Below are positions 31,902-41,386 of a DNA stretch of 64,000 nucleotides, in pieces. The position numbers were made by a program, and so were the translations under genes. The first letter of the stretch is position 1. Every line of letters starts with the position of its first letter. The DNA lies in the NCBI GenBank assembly GCA_026416845.1, contig JAOAEL010000001.1:117940-181939 (forward strand), in the 5' to 3' direction. This stretch comes from Patescibacteria group bacterium. Lineage in GTDB: Bacteria; Patescibacteriota; Microgenomatia; UBA8517. Under the pieces are notes generated by a model. The model saw nothing but the letters and a program-made list of their open reading frames with translations. It had not been told where the DNA came from and ran no database searches.

Positions 31902-33452
31902 TCAGTTTAACTTATAAAGAAACAAAGTTTCGCTAACTCCCAAATTTTCATATTCTTTTGTGCCTTTTTGTCTTTGCGCTTTAGGAAATGAAATTACTTC
32001 CTCCAACCCAACATCTGTTGGGTTAACTTTCAACCTTGAATCGTTAATAACCAAATAAGTTTTGTTGCCATGTTCTTTTGACTCTTTAAGACTTTTAGGA
32101 ATTTCTTTCAAATCAATTCCAACTCCAATAACTGTTATTTCAGGCACATCATTCAAATAAATCTGCAAACCATCAGGAAGAGTACCAAAATAACCTTCAG
32201 TGCCAACAACTATTTTTGTTTTAGGATCATTTTTATATTCTTCTTTCAAATATCTTGATATTTCATAAATCCCAGTGCCAGCAGTCCATTCTTCCAAATA
32301 TCCCGATCTTTCTCCTGTAGGCAAAGACGCTTTGGCAGGATTAGTTAACAAATAATAATTTAAAACCAAAGATTGAGCAAAAAAAACAATCAAAGCCCCA
32401 TATGACAATTTTTTAATCCATGTATTAGAAATAAAAAAAGCAGAAGCCAAAATACAAAAGTATGGAACTGTAAACAAAATATACCTAGCAGTATACACTT
32501 TGGCAAATGTTGCTGTAACAAGTATAGGCAAAAGCCCCATAATTAGCAAAAAAAACAACTCCTTCTTTTTGCCTTTTGAAATTAAAACGCAAATCCCTAA
32601 AAAAACCAAAAATACAAATCCCAAAGTCCCCAACATCAAATACCACTCAAATGCCCTATGTAAGAAAGGTAACAAAGGATCAAATGGACTATCAAAAATG
32701 TGCGATAAAGGATAAACATAATCTTTGTTCCTAATTGCGAGCATGTGAAAATTTGGTCCCAACCTCATTATGTTCTGGATCACAAAAGCAATTATATAAA
32801 TTACCAAATAAAATCCAATTATCTTTAAAATTTGATGCAATTTTTTCACTTTTTTATCAAATTTAAAAAAAACCAAAGCAAAAGGCGCTAGTATAGCAAA
32901 AAAAATCGCGGGCGATTTTGTCAAGAAAGCAAGCCCCAACAAACCACCAGCTATCATTGCTGTATCAAGTCTTTTGTAAAAAACTGTAAAAACAATAAAA
33001 ACGCTCGTCCATACACCAATCGCAGTAAGCAAGGAATCCACAAGCGCCATGCGATCAAAAAACACCAAATAAGGAACAATCGCAGAAATTAAAGCAGAAA
33101 CAATCGCCAAAGCAAAATTTCTAAACAACAAAAAGCTCAACAAAAAAGTTCCTGAAATTGTAAACATTCCAGAAATTACAGAAACAAATCTGCCAGCTAC
33201 AAGTGGATCATCAAACACTTTTAGAAAAGGAATTGTAACCCACATAAAAAGAGGTTGTTTCCCATCAGAAAGAGGCAAAAAACGCAAAGTGGCATCCGCG
33301 TGCATTATTTGCGACCACCTTATATAAATAGCCTCATCAGCAAAAACAGGTAATACAGTAAGGTTTATAAATCGCAAACAAAAACCTATAAACAAAATCA
33401 AACTAACTAACAAAAATATATTGCTAACTCTAACCTTAAATTCAGATTTCAT
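31902..33452 (-). CDS. GT-C ArnT/PMT-like glycosyltransferase
   Basis: FADEAIYIRW, DGKQPLF, DRMALVDS, LTKSP. Confidence 0.85.
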   Translation of the reverse strand: MKSEFKVRVSNIFLLVSLILFIGFCLRFINLTVLPVFADEAIYIRWSQIMHADATLRFLPLSDGKQPLFMWVTIPFLKVFDDPLVAGRFVSVISGMFTISGTFLLSFLLFRNFALAIVSALISAIVPYLVFFDRMALVDSLLTAIGVWTSVFIVFTVFYKRLDTAMIAGGLLGLAFLTKSPAIFFAILAPFALVFFKFDKKVKKLHQILKIIGFYLVIYIIAFVIQNIMRLGPNFHMLAIRNKDYVYPLSHIFDSPFDPLLPFLHRAFEWYLMLGTLGFVFLVFLGICVLISKGKKKELFFLLIMGLLPILVTATFAKVYTARYILFTVPYFCILASAFFISNTWIKKLSYGALIVFFAQSLVLNYYLLTNPAKASLPTGERSGYLEEWTAGTGIYEISRYLKEEYKNDPKTKIVVGTEGYFGTLPDGLQIYLNDVPEITVIGVGIDLKEIPKSLKESKEHGNKTYLVINDSRLKVNPTDVGLEEVISFPKAQRQKGTKEYENLGVSETLFLYKLN

Positions 33453-33454
33453 CG

Positions 33455-34213
33455 CTAAATTTTGTATTTTCCCATAATTGAATTAAGTCTAACCTTTATA
33501 AGGTCAAAAAGCCCATCAATGGAATCTTTAATTGGATTTACCCTAACAGTGCCTTTATGGTGCCATTTAACAGGAACTTCTCTGACTTGAAGAGAAAGTT
33601 TCCTTGCAATGTACAAAAGCTCTAAATCAAACCCAGCTTTGACTGCTGAACCTTTTATTTGTTGATTATTACGAAACACTTTCATTTTTTTGAAAATTAC
33701 ACGGGCAGCATTTTTCTTAAAAGCTTTAAAACCACATTGCGTGTCTTTGTAAGGCAATCTAAGAATCAAATACCTTAAGATAGAAAATCCTGCCGCCATG
33801 GCACGACGCACTAAAGGAGCTCCTTCTCTACCAGAACGAGAACCAATTACTATATCTACATTATTATCAAATTCAGGCAAAATCTTTTCCAACTGGTCTA
33901 TCGGAGTTGCTTGATCCATATCGGTAAATAAAATAATTTCACCTTTGGCTTTTAACATCCCGGCAATAACAGTTGCCGCTTTGCCTCTATGTGGTTCGTT
34001 ATACAAGTAAAAATTTTTGTGTCTTTTAACAAAGTCTAAAACCATTTTTGAAGTATCATCTGTGCTTCCATCGTTAACAACCAAAACTTCCCAAGAATAA
34101 TTTTGTTTCTTTAAATAATTGTAAACCTCATCAAGAACCTTGTTTCTTAGATTAGAAACTTCATTATAAGCCGGTATCACAACAGATAAAAACACTTTAT
34201 TCTTCTTTTTCAT
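33455..34213 (-). CDS. Polyprenol-phosphate beta-glucosyltransferase (ALG5-like GT2)
   Basis: IPAYNE, VNDGSTD, HRGKA, FTDMDQATP, IGSR, DTQCGFK, FDLELL. Confidence 0.85.
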   Translation of the reverse strand: MKKKNKVFLSVVIPAYNEVSNLRNKVLDEVYNYLKKQNYSWEVLVVNDGSTDDTSKMVLDFVKRHKNFYLYNEPHRGKAATVIAGMLKAKGEIILFTDMDQATPIDQLEKILPEFDNNVDIVIGSRSGREGAPLVRRAMAAGFSILRYLILRLPYKDTQCGFKAFKKNAARVIFKKMKVFRNNQQIKGSAVKAGFDLELLYIARKLSLQVREVPVKWHHKGTVRVNPIKDSIDGLFDLIKVRLNSIMGKYKI

Positions 34214-34230
34214 AAACTTTTTTTAACTAT

Positions 34231-35727
34231 CTAATCAGTATAACCCCACATAGTGTCAGTTATGTTCTCGTTTGGTCCTTTGCACCTATCTAATACACCA
34301 TCTTGATCGTACCTATCATAATCCGGATATATTAAACCTAAAGAACCAAAATTCACATCAGTTGGAAATATATCCTTTAAAGGAAAAACTATAGTGTACA
34401 CAGGGACATCTTTACTAGGTTTAGTAACATGCATTTTTTCTAACCAAAAAAGATAACGATATCCTAAATTGTAACCCGGATCTGTTATATAAGACACCGC
34501 CACACAAGGATAACCTTTCTCATACGCGTCTTTTTTTATCTCCTTCACCAAAGCTAGCTTATGAACATATTCAATACCAGCAGGTTTGAAACTGTATAAC
34601 CTATTTATGTTATGAAAAGCAAAAATTAAAGCAAGAATTAATCCCAAAATTCGGAACTTTTTACTTAGCCAAACATAATTGAATAAAAGAACAATAATAA
34701 AAATCCACGGAAAAACCAGACCATTAAGATAGTATTCTGAAACTGGCTTGGAATAAAGCGAAAAAAATAAAATCAAAAACAAATTCCAAAGCAAAAAAAT
34801 TATTATTAGACTTTTATCCAAAACCTTTTTTCTAAACAAATAAACGCTTGCGAATACCAAAAATAGCGGTAGTAAATAATAAAAGGAAGAATCAGGATGC
34901 CAAACCAATGTTGTTATGTTCTGAGCTGAAATATGCAAAACTCTATAAAATTGAGCCAAACCTTCATACGTAGATCCTTGATCAGCGCTAAAAGCATTTA
35001 CCAAAGATTTTATTTGAATAAAATTATGACGAAACTCAAAAATAAAAAACGGAGCAGAAGTCAGCAAAAAAGAAAGAAAGCCAATAAAAATCTCTTTCAA
35101 TCTTGGTTTAATACGTGCCAAAATAATAGCAACTGCAATCAAAGGCAACAAAAGAGCTAGAGAAACATGAATATGCCATATTAAACCAACTAAAATGCCA
35201 ACAACAAAAAACCCTTGCAAATGTTTGCCGTCAATTATTTTTTTAATACCAAAAAAATACCAAATACACCATAACAACATAGGAGACGTAGGGAAAACCC
35301 CTCGATCGTTGCTAACGGCAAAGTATGAAATTGAATAAAAAAACGAAGCCCACAAACCAACACTTTTATTAAATAAATTATTAAAAACATAATAAATGCT
35401 ATAAATTGTCAGAAGTCCAATTAATGTCATCATCCATATCCCGCCCACTGGACTCATATTGAAAAAAATATAAAAAGGCACCAACAAATAATAAAAAAGG
35501 GGGCCAATAAAAACTCCTTGTGTGGAAGTTTCTTGACCAATTAACCTAAGATGCTTGTTTTCAACAATATCTTTGATTATCCACCCAGCTAAATCTTGAT
35601 CATGCCCATGATTTAGCCACTGCACACTTTGATAAGTTCTTAAATGCAATCCAATTAAAAGAATTATTAGTAAAACCCAGTTTTGCTTTAAGAAAAACAA
35701 AAAATTTTCACTGAAATTTCTAAACAT
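34231..35727 (-). CDS. GT-C ArnT/PMT-like glycosyltransferase, subfamily B copy
   Basis: HDQD, LIGQETS..GVFIGPLFYYLLVPFY, FEFRHNF; ATG 35727 follows the upstream stop. Confidence 0.8.
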   Translation of the reverse strand: MFRNFSENFLFFLKQNWVLLIILLIGLHLRTYQSVQWLNHGHDQDLAGWIIKDIVENKHLRLIGQETSTQGVFIGPLFYYLLVPFYIFFNMSPVGGIWMMTLIGLLTIYSIYYVFNNLFNKSVGLWASFFYSISYFAVSNDRGVFPTSPMLLWCIWYFFGIKKIIDGKHLQGFFVVGILVGLIWHIHVSLALLLPLIAVAIILARIKPRLKEIFIGFLSFLLTSAPFFIFEFRHNFIQIKSLVNAFSADQGSTYEGLAQFYRVLHISAQNITTLVWHPDSSFYYLLPLFLVFASVYLFRKKVLDKSLIIIFLLWNLFLILFFSLYSKPVSEYYLNGLVFPWIFIIVLLFNYVWLSKKFRILGLILALIFAFHNINRLYSFKPAGIEYVHKLALVKEIKKDAYEKGYPCVAVSYITDPGYNLGYRYLFWLEKMHVTKPSKDVPVYTIVFPLKDIFPTDVNFGSLGLIYPDYDRYDQDGVLDRCKGPNENITDTMWGYTD

Positions 35728-35728
35728 G

Positions 35729-37261
35729 TCAAATTCTCTCTCTTCTCTGGACAAATATGCCACCAAATCTAGACTCTTCTAAGATTTTGGTGTTTCCTTG
35801 ATACTTCAAAAGCCAATTTTCTAATCTTTCAGGATGAGGTGGGTCAACTTCATAAAGCACATATAAAACAGATTGCTTTTCTTTCTTGTCATATCCACAA
35901 AGACTTTTGCCACATCGTCTTTCGCCAATCCACAAAAACAAATAATCATAAGCATAAGGTATTACAGGTGGCACATAGACATCTATGTTATAACTTTTGA
36001 TATTGTTTTTATAAGCATTATCATATATCCAATTTACAGCTTGTTTTTGGTTACCTAAAGTAATATGAGTCGGCCCGTCAACACCGGCATTCAAAAAATT
36101 TCTAAGAAGAATTGAATTCTGATACAGAAAACCAATAAAGAAAAGAGATACCACTAATTTGCCCATAAAAGAAGACTTAAACAAAACAGCAAGACCAATT
36201 GCAAAAAAAAGAATCATCGGCAAATAGTAGCCAGTTAAATAATAATCATAAATATTGCCATAATTTCCTTGAAAAAGGATATAAAAGAAAGCAGGCACAG
36301 CAAAAAAAATTCCAAAAATTATAAATATATTTTTGTTTAGACTATTTCTGAAATACAATAAAGTCAAAAAAGACAATAAAGAAATTGCATGAGAATATTT
36401 GGTAAGACCCAAGAATAGTTTTGACTGGAAAACATCCCAAAAATAAGCTAATCTTATATTCAACACATCCCAAAAATTTAGTCTGAAACTTTTTTGTTCA
36501 ACAATTACCTTGTAGAAATTATTAAAAAGCAAATTGTCATGTCTGAAATTAAACAGTATCTGAGGCAACAAAGTTAAAAAAAAGATAAAAAAACTAATCA
36601 AGAATGTTTTAGGACTAGGAAAATTTGATTTAAATACAAGACTGAAAATTATAACAATAGGTATATAAAACACTCCGCTTGCAGATTCAAATTGCATGGA
36701 TGCTCCAACCAAAAAAGCGACAACAGGCCACAAAATATGACTGTTTTTATTGCCTTTGGCAATCTCCCACAACGCCCAAAGCAATAAAACACTGGTAAGT
36801 AAAATCGGGGTTGGATTGGAAACCCATCTGCCTGCAAGAACAATGTAATAAGATATGGCACATAATAAAACCGCAAAAAGCCCGGCAGTTCTAGAATGCA
36901 TTTCTTTCCCCAAAACATAAACGACCAAAAGAGCCAAAGTAGAAATGAAAGCCAAAAAATATGCCACAAATATAGGATCTCCTCTTCCCAGAAGATAAAA
37001 TGGCGCAATTAAGTAATAGTATAAGGGACCTAAAAAAATGCCAGCCAAACCTGTCACAGGACCTACTAAAAACAACTTCCCTTCATTCCAAAATCTCCAA
37101 ATAACCAAAGCGTCACGACCTTGATCGTAATAAAACCCTATCAGATCCTCTGCTCTATACACTCTAAGAAAAAAAGCAATTATTAGTAAAAGTAATAAAA
37201 ATAAGTAAGCGAGTTTATTTTGTTTTATTTCCAAGAAGATGCTGTTAAAAACTTTTAACAT
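35729..37261 (-). CDS. GT-C ArnT/PMT-like glycosyltransferase, subfamily B copy
   Basis: YDQGRDA, LVGP..GIFLGPLYYYLIAPFY, FNFRHD. Confidence 0.85.
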   Translation of the reverse strand: MLKVFNSIFLEIKQNKLAYLFLLLLLIIAFFLRVYRAEDLIGFYYDQGRDALVIWRFWNEGKLFLVGPVTGLAGIFLGPLYYYLIAPFYLLGRGDPIFVAYFLAFISTLALLVVYVLGKEMHSRTAGLFAVLLCAISYYIVLAGRWVSNPTPILLTSVLLLWALWEIAKGNKNSHILWPVVAFLVGASMQFESASGVFYIPIVIIFSLVFKSNFPSPKTFLISFFIFFLTLLPQILFNFRHDNLLFNNFYKVIVEQKSFRLNFWDVLNIRLAYFWDVFQSKLFLGLTKYSHAISLLSFLTLLYFRNSLNKNIFIIFGIFFAVPAFFYILFQGNYGNIYDYYLTGYYLPMILFFAIGLAVLFKSSFMGKLVVSLFFIGFLYQNSILLRNFLNAGVDGPTHITLGNQKQAVNWIYDNAYKNNIKSYNIDVYVPPVIPYAYDYLFLWIGERRCGKSLCGYDKKEKQSVLYVLYEVDPPHPERLENWLLKYQGNTKILEESRFGGIFVQRRERI

Positions 37262-37263
37262 TC

Positions 37264-37851
37264 TTATAACCCTAAAAGTTGCACTAGCTTTTTATAAACT
37301 TCATATGTGGCATAAGCATCAGTTAATGCTCCATGAACATCATCAACTTTTATTTCTAACTCTCTTGCTATGGTTCGCAAGGACAATTTACTAGGTTTAT
37401 TTCTATTCTTAAAATAAATGTAAGCCAAAGAAATCACATCCAAAAAATGGTAATCAAATTTTGGTTTGATTCTTGCTTTTTCAAAAGAAAGGCCCAAAAA
37501 AGACCAATCAAATGCGATATTCCATCCAATTAACATAGCTTTATCAGCTAGATCATTTAATATATTTAAAGCCGTAACAATATCTACACTATCTTTCCAA
37601 TCCTCATCTCTGAACTTTATTATTTCAAGAGCGACAGGATCAGCGTCTTTTAGCTTAGTTGGTGCAACTTTTATGCTTTTCTTTGTCAAAACCTGCAAGC
37701 TTTTTTGTTCAACCACAACCAAACCTATCTCTAAAACCTCATGAGTCAATACATCTAAACCGCTCATTTCCAAATCTATAAAAACCAGCTTCCTGTCTCT
37801 AAAATCAAATTTCTCCTTCTCTTCACCCATGCTCATAAAAGACTTTGACAT
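37264..37851 (-). CDS. DEDDh 3'-5' exonuclease (DnaQ/oligoribonuclease-like)
   Basis: ExoI DLEMSG, ExoII WNIAFD, ExoIII HGALTDA. Confidence 0.9.
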   Translation of the reverse strand: MSKSFMSMGEEKEKFDFRDRKLVFIDLEMSGLDVLTHEVLEIGLVVVEQKSLQVLTKKSIKVAPTKLKDADPVALEIIKFRDEDWKDSVDIVTALNILNDLADKAMLIGWNIAFDWSFLGLSFEKARIKPKFDYHFLDVISLAYIYFKNRNKPSKLSLRTIARELEIKVDDVHGALTDAYATYEVYKKLVQLLGL

Positions 37852-37853
37852 AT

Positions 37854-39431
37854 TTAGTTATTATAATGAACTAATTTATAAAGTGTTACACCAGATACAT
37901 CCCATTCAGACTCCACTTTGCTCCAACCAAAATTTGCAATTTCAGCTTTCGCATTGGTTGTCGGATTGCATTTGTCTTTTGGCAATTCGCAAACCACAAA
38001 AAGTTGCTTGGCTATTGTGTATTCCAGTCGTAATGGATCGATTTTTAACAAATTGGAATTTTCTTTCTCCAAAAAATACTGATATGCTCCTTCATAATTC
38101 CTCTCCGCAATTACAGCAAAATTAAACGGTTTGCCTTGAGATTCACTGATAATTTTGTTAGCAACCTCCATGGATCTTTGCAATTGTTTATTGGGATGAT
38201 ATTTTAGAGGAGTTTGTGAGAAATGCAAATAAAAAATGTAAAAAATCAAGATTGCTGACACAAAAAAACTAATTGGCAAGACTTTCTTAAGATCAAAAAC
38301 CAACATCGAAAACAAAATAAAAGGGGCAGTAAACAAAAAGCCAAAATAATGATCGTAAATTTCTTGTTTGTAATTACCTAGGCCAATAAAAGCAAAAATA
38401 AGCCATAAACAAACTAATAAATAAGGGGATTCCAAAATAAACTTCTTTTTTGATTTGATTAATAAAATCACTCCAGACAAAACTAAAAACCATGAAACTA
38501 TTAGTCCGCCAGTTTTATCTGTAGCCGCGATCAAGCGGGAATTTAAATTTTCAAAAAGCGGCCAAAATTTTGGCAAGGCATTCCATGGTTTTGCGGAAAC
38601 AGTTTCCTGGCGATTAGAGAAAAAGGTTGCAATTGCTGAAAAGTTTCGCCATCCATGTCTGGCATCAAAAATAAAAAGAGGACTCATCAAAAAAGCAAAT
38701 ATTAAAAACCCAATTATTGAATTTTTAAGAAACAATTTCAACTTAAACTTGTCTTTTTTCGCTTTAAAAAAGGTAAACAAAAAATACAATAAGATGGTGG
38801 GCAAAAGCAACAAACCAAGATAATGAGACTGCAACACAAAAGCAAAACTAATTCCTAAAACAATAAGCCACTTAAAGTCTAAATTTTTATAAATTTTCCA
38901 TATTGAATATACGCACAACAAAGAAAAAAACGGCATTATATTAGGATTCCACGAAGATCTGTTATAGATAATTACAATTGGAGATGTACTATATAAAAAA
39001 GCCGCCAGCAAAGCGACATAATTGGTTTGTCCCTTTTTACAAGGAAAAACTTCCTTAACAAACAACCAAATTAAAAATGCTGTTACGACACCAAAAAGTG
39101 CAACCATCACAGAAGGTCCAACAGGAGAAAAATTAAATATCAACAAAAATGGCGCAATTAGATAATAATACAAAGGCCCCAAATACATATTGCCAATGGA
39201 AGTTCCTGGTCCTATCAAAATAAGGTCAAAATTTACAAGCAAATTTCTGACAATAATAGCGTCTCGTCCTTCATCCCCCAAAAAAGTCATATATTCAGAT
39301 ATTCTATAAAGGCGTAAAAAACCACCTATAAATAAAATAAAAATCAAAGAGAAATTTTCCTGAGGATTTTTGTAAAACCAATTTTTTATTATGCAAACAA
39401 AACTAAAAAGAGCTACCTTAGCTTTCTCCAT
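37854..39431 (-). CDS. GT-C ArnT/PMT-like glycosyltransferase, subfamily B copy
   Basis: FLGDEGRDA, LIGPGTSIGNMYLGPLYYYLIAPF, RSSWNPN, FDARH. Confidence 0.85.
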   Translation of the reverse strand: MEKAKVALFSFVCIIKNWFYKNPQENFSLIFILFIGGFLRLYRISEYMTFLGDEGRDAIIVRNLLVNFDLILIGPGTSIGNMYLGPLYYYLIAPFLLIFNFSPVGPSVMVALFGVVTAFLIWLFVKEVFPCKKGQTNYVALLAAFLYSTSPIVIIYNRSSWNPNIMPFFSLLCVYSIWKIYKNLDFKWLIVLGISFAFVLQSHYLGLLLLPTILLYFLFTFFKAKKDKFKLKLFLKNSIIGFLIFAFLMSPLFIFDARHGWRNFSAIATFFSNRQETVSAKPWNALPKFWPLFENLNSRLIAATDKTGGLIVSWFLVLSGVILLIKSKKKFILESPYLLVCLWLIFAFIGLGNYKQEIYDHYFGFLFTAPFILFSMLVFDLKKVLPISFFVSAILIFYIFYLHFSQTPLKYHPNKQLQRSMEVANKIISESQGKPFNFAVIAERNYEGAYQYFLEKENSNLLKIDPLRLEYTIAKQLFVVCELPKDKCNPTTNAKAEIANFGWSKVESEWDVSGVTLYKLVHYNN

Positions 39432-40132
39432 AATCTAAAAAGATCCACAAAACTTTTGATAATCACATTTAAATTGGCGCCTGTTCCTACACCTTTTTTA
39501 CGGGGATAATGACTAACTGGAATTTCTACTATTTTAAACTTGTTCTTTTTTGCTTTTATTAAAAATTCGCTTGATATGAACGCTCCTCTTTCGGACTCTA
39601 ATTTGGGTATTTCTTCAATTACTTTTTTACTAATTAATTTAAATCCACAATCAATATCTCTTACTTTCAATCCAAAAAGCAAATAAACCATAGTTTCCCA
39701 TAAAAAACTATTTACTTTTCTATAAAATGGGACTTGCCGCTTGCGATAATATCCAATAACAAGATCAGCATTTGTTTTTTTTTGAGTTGCGATGAATTTA
39801 TCTATCTCAGAAAAATCAAATTGTCCATCCGCATCTGTAAAGGCTATCCAAGAATATTTTGCATTGTAAAAGCCACTCTTAAGAGCGGCGCCATAACCCC
39901 TGTTTTTAGAGTGATTTATAACTTTAACTCTTTTATCATCGCTGGCAAGCTTTTTGGCAATTGCAAGAGTTTTATCTTTAGAGCCATCATTAATTATCAG
40001 AATTTCCCATTTAGAAGCAATGTCATTTAAAACTTTAACAGCTTTCAATACAGTCTCTTTGATATTTCCTTCTTCATTGTAGGCTGGAAAAAACACAGAA
40101 ATTTCATCAATAAGAGAATTTTTATTTTTCAT
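39413..40132 (-). CDS. GT2 polyprenol-phosphate glycosyltransferase (DPM-like)
   Basis: PAYNEE, NDGSKD, NRGYGAALKSG, FTDADGQF, DIDCGFK. Confidence 0.85.
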   Translation of the reverse strand: MKNKNSLIDEISVFFPAYNEEGNIKETVLKAVKVLNDIASKWEILIINDGSKDKTLAIAKKLASDDKRVKVINHSKNRGYGAALKSGFYNAKYSWIAFTDADGQFDFSEIDKFIATQKKTNADLVIGYYRKRQVPFYRKVNSFLWETMVYLLFGLKVRDIDCGFKLISKKVIEEIPKLESERGAFISSEFLIKAKKNKFKIVEIPVSHYPRKKGVGTGANLNVIIKSFVDLFRLWRKLR

Positions 40133-40176
40133 TTTATGTCAAAGTCTAACATAAATTTAGAGAGAATAACCATAAC

Positions 40177-40206
40177 TTGTAAAATTGCTAAATTTGAGTA
40201 TATCAT
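40177..40206 (+). promoter_or_regulatory. Putative sigma70 promoter TTGTAA-N18-TATCAT, 7 nt before ATG 40214
   Basis: Near-consensus hexamers in the divergent intergenic region. Confidence 0.45.
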
Positions 40207-40213
40207 CTGATGG

Positions 40214-41374
40214 ATGGCAAAAAGCTTTTTGAAAACAATATCTCTTATTGTCATTTTTTCTCTTGCGCCTACATTTTTACTGTGGCTGCCTTTTTTCTTA
40301 AGAATAGAAAACGTATTTGGTATACCTCTCCCCAAAGATGGCATGGCAACAGTTGTGGCTAATTATGATGGACCTTTGTACATCGTCGTATCTAAAACTT
40401 TTTACGATCCTCAAGCTGTGGGCGAATTTCCATTCACACTTCCATCTGAATACTATGCAGCGCATTTTCCTTTATTTCCTTTATTAATCAAAATTTTTTC
40501 CTCGTTCACCAATTCCATATACGCAATGCTTATAGCAACCATTTTATTCAGTATTATAGGTACTTATTATTTCTATTTACTTGCCAAAGATATTGTCGGA
40601 GAAAAAAAGGCACTATGGCTTGCGTTTGTATTTAGTATTTTCCCAGCAAGATGGTTAATTGTAAGATCTGTAGGCGCCGCAGAGCCAATGTTTTTAGCGG
40701 CAATTACAGCGTCATTGTACTACTTTAGAAGAGAAAATTACTGGATGGCAGGAACATGGGGAGCGTTAGCGCAACTAACAAAATCTCCCGGAATCCTGCT
40801 TTTTATAGGATTTTGCATTTCAATAATCATAGCACATTTCAGAAAAACAGCTTTTGCAAGCATACTAGAAGCATTCTCATTAAAAAGTTTGATAAAAACT
40901 ATCCCACTACTTCTAATCCCTATCGCACTAGTAGGAGTTTTTTGCCTGTACTACTTTAGAATGGGAAACTTTTTTGCTTACTTTAATTCTGGAGACAACA
41001 TACATTTGTTTTTCCCACCTTTTCAAGTCTTTAACTATTCACAAGCATGGGTAGGCACATTTTGGCTTGAAGAAATAATATTTTTGTATCTCTTGGGACT
41101 TCTTGGATTTTTCAAGCTAGTTTCAATGAAAGAAGAAAAATTATATTGCTTTTATGCAGTTTTTTTAATCTCACTTTTTTTTGTCGCACACAGAGACATA
41201 CTTAGATATGGGCTTCCGATCGCTCCATTGGCTTTAATTGCCTTTCATGAAACTCTTACCAAAAAAGAATTTAAAATAATATTTGGAATTTTGTTACTGC
41301 CAATATATCTTTACGCGCTCACATACATATCTCAAAACACAATGCCAATCACAAACTGGAGTAAGCTGATATAA
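40214..41374 (+). CDS. GT-C membrane glycosyltransferase (PIG-V-like)
   Basis: NYDGPLY, HFPLFP, AEPMFL, LTKSPG; polytopic; divergent from the main cluster. Confidence 0.7.
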   Translation: MAKSFLKTISLIVIFSLAPTFLLWLPFFLRIENVFGIPLPKDGMATVVANYDGPLYIVVSKTFYDPQAVGEFPFTLPSEYYAAHFPLFPLLIKIFSSFTNSIYAMLIATILFSIIGTYYFYLLAKDIVGEKKALWLAFVFSIFPARWLIVRSVGAAEPMFLAAITASLYYFRRENYWMAGTWGALAQLTKSPGILLFIGFCISIIIAHFRKTAFASILEAFSLKSLIKTIPLLLIPIALVGVFCLYYFRMGNFFAYFNSGDNIHLFFPPFQVFNYSQAWVGTFWLEEIIFLYLLGLLGFFKLVSMKEEKLYCFYAVFLISLFFVAHRDILRYGLPIAPLALIAFHETLTKKEFKIIFGILLLPIYLYALTYISQNTMPITNWSKLI

Positions 41375-41386
41375 ATTTTTTATTCT

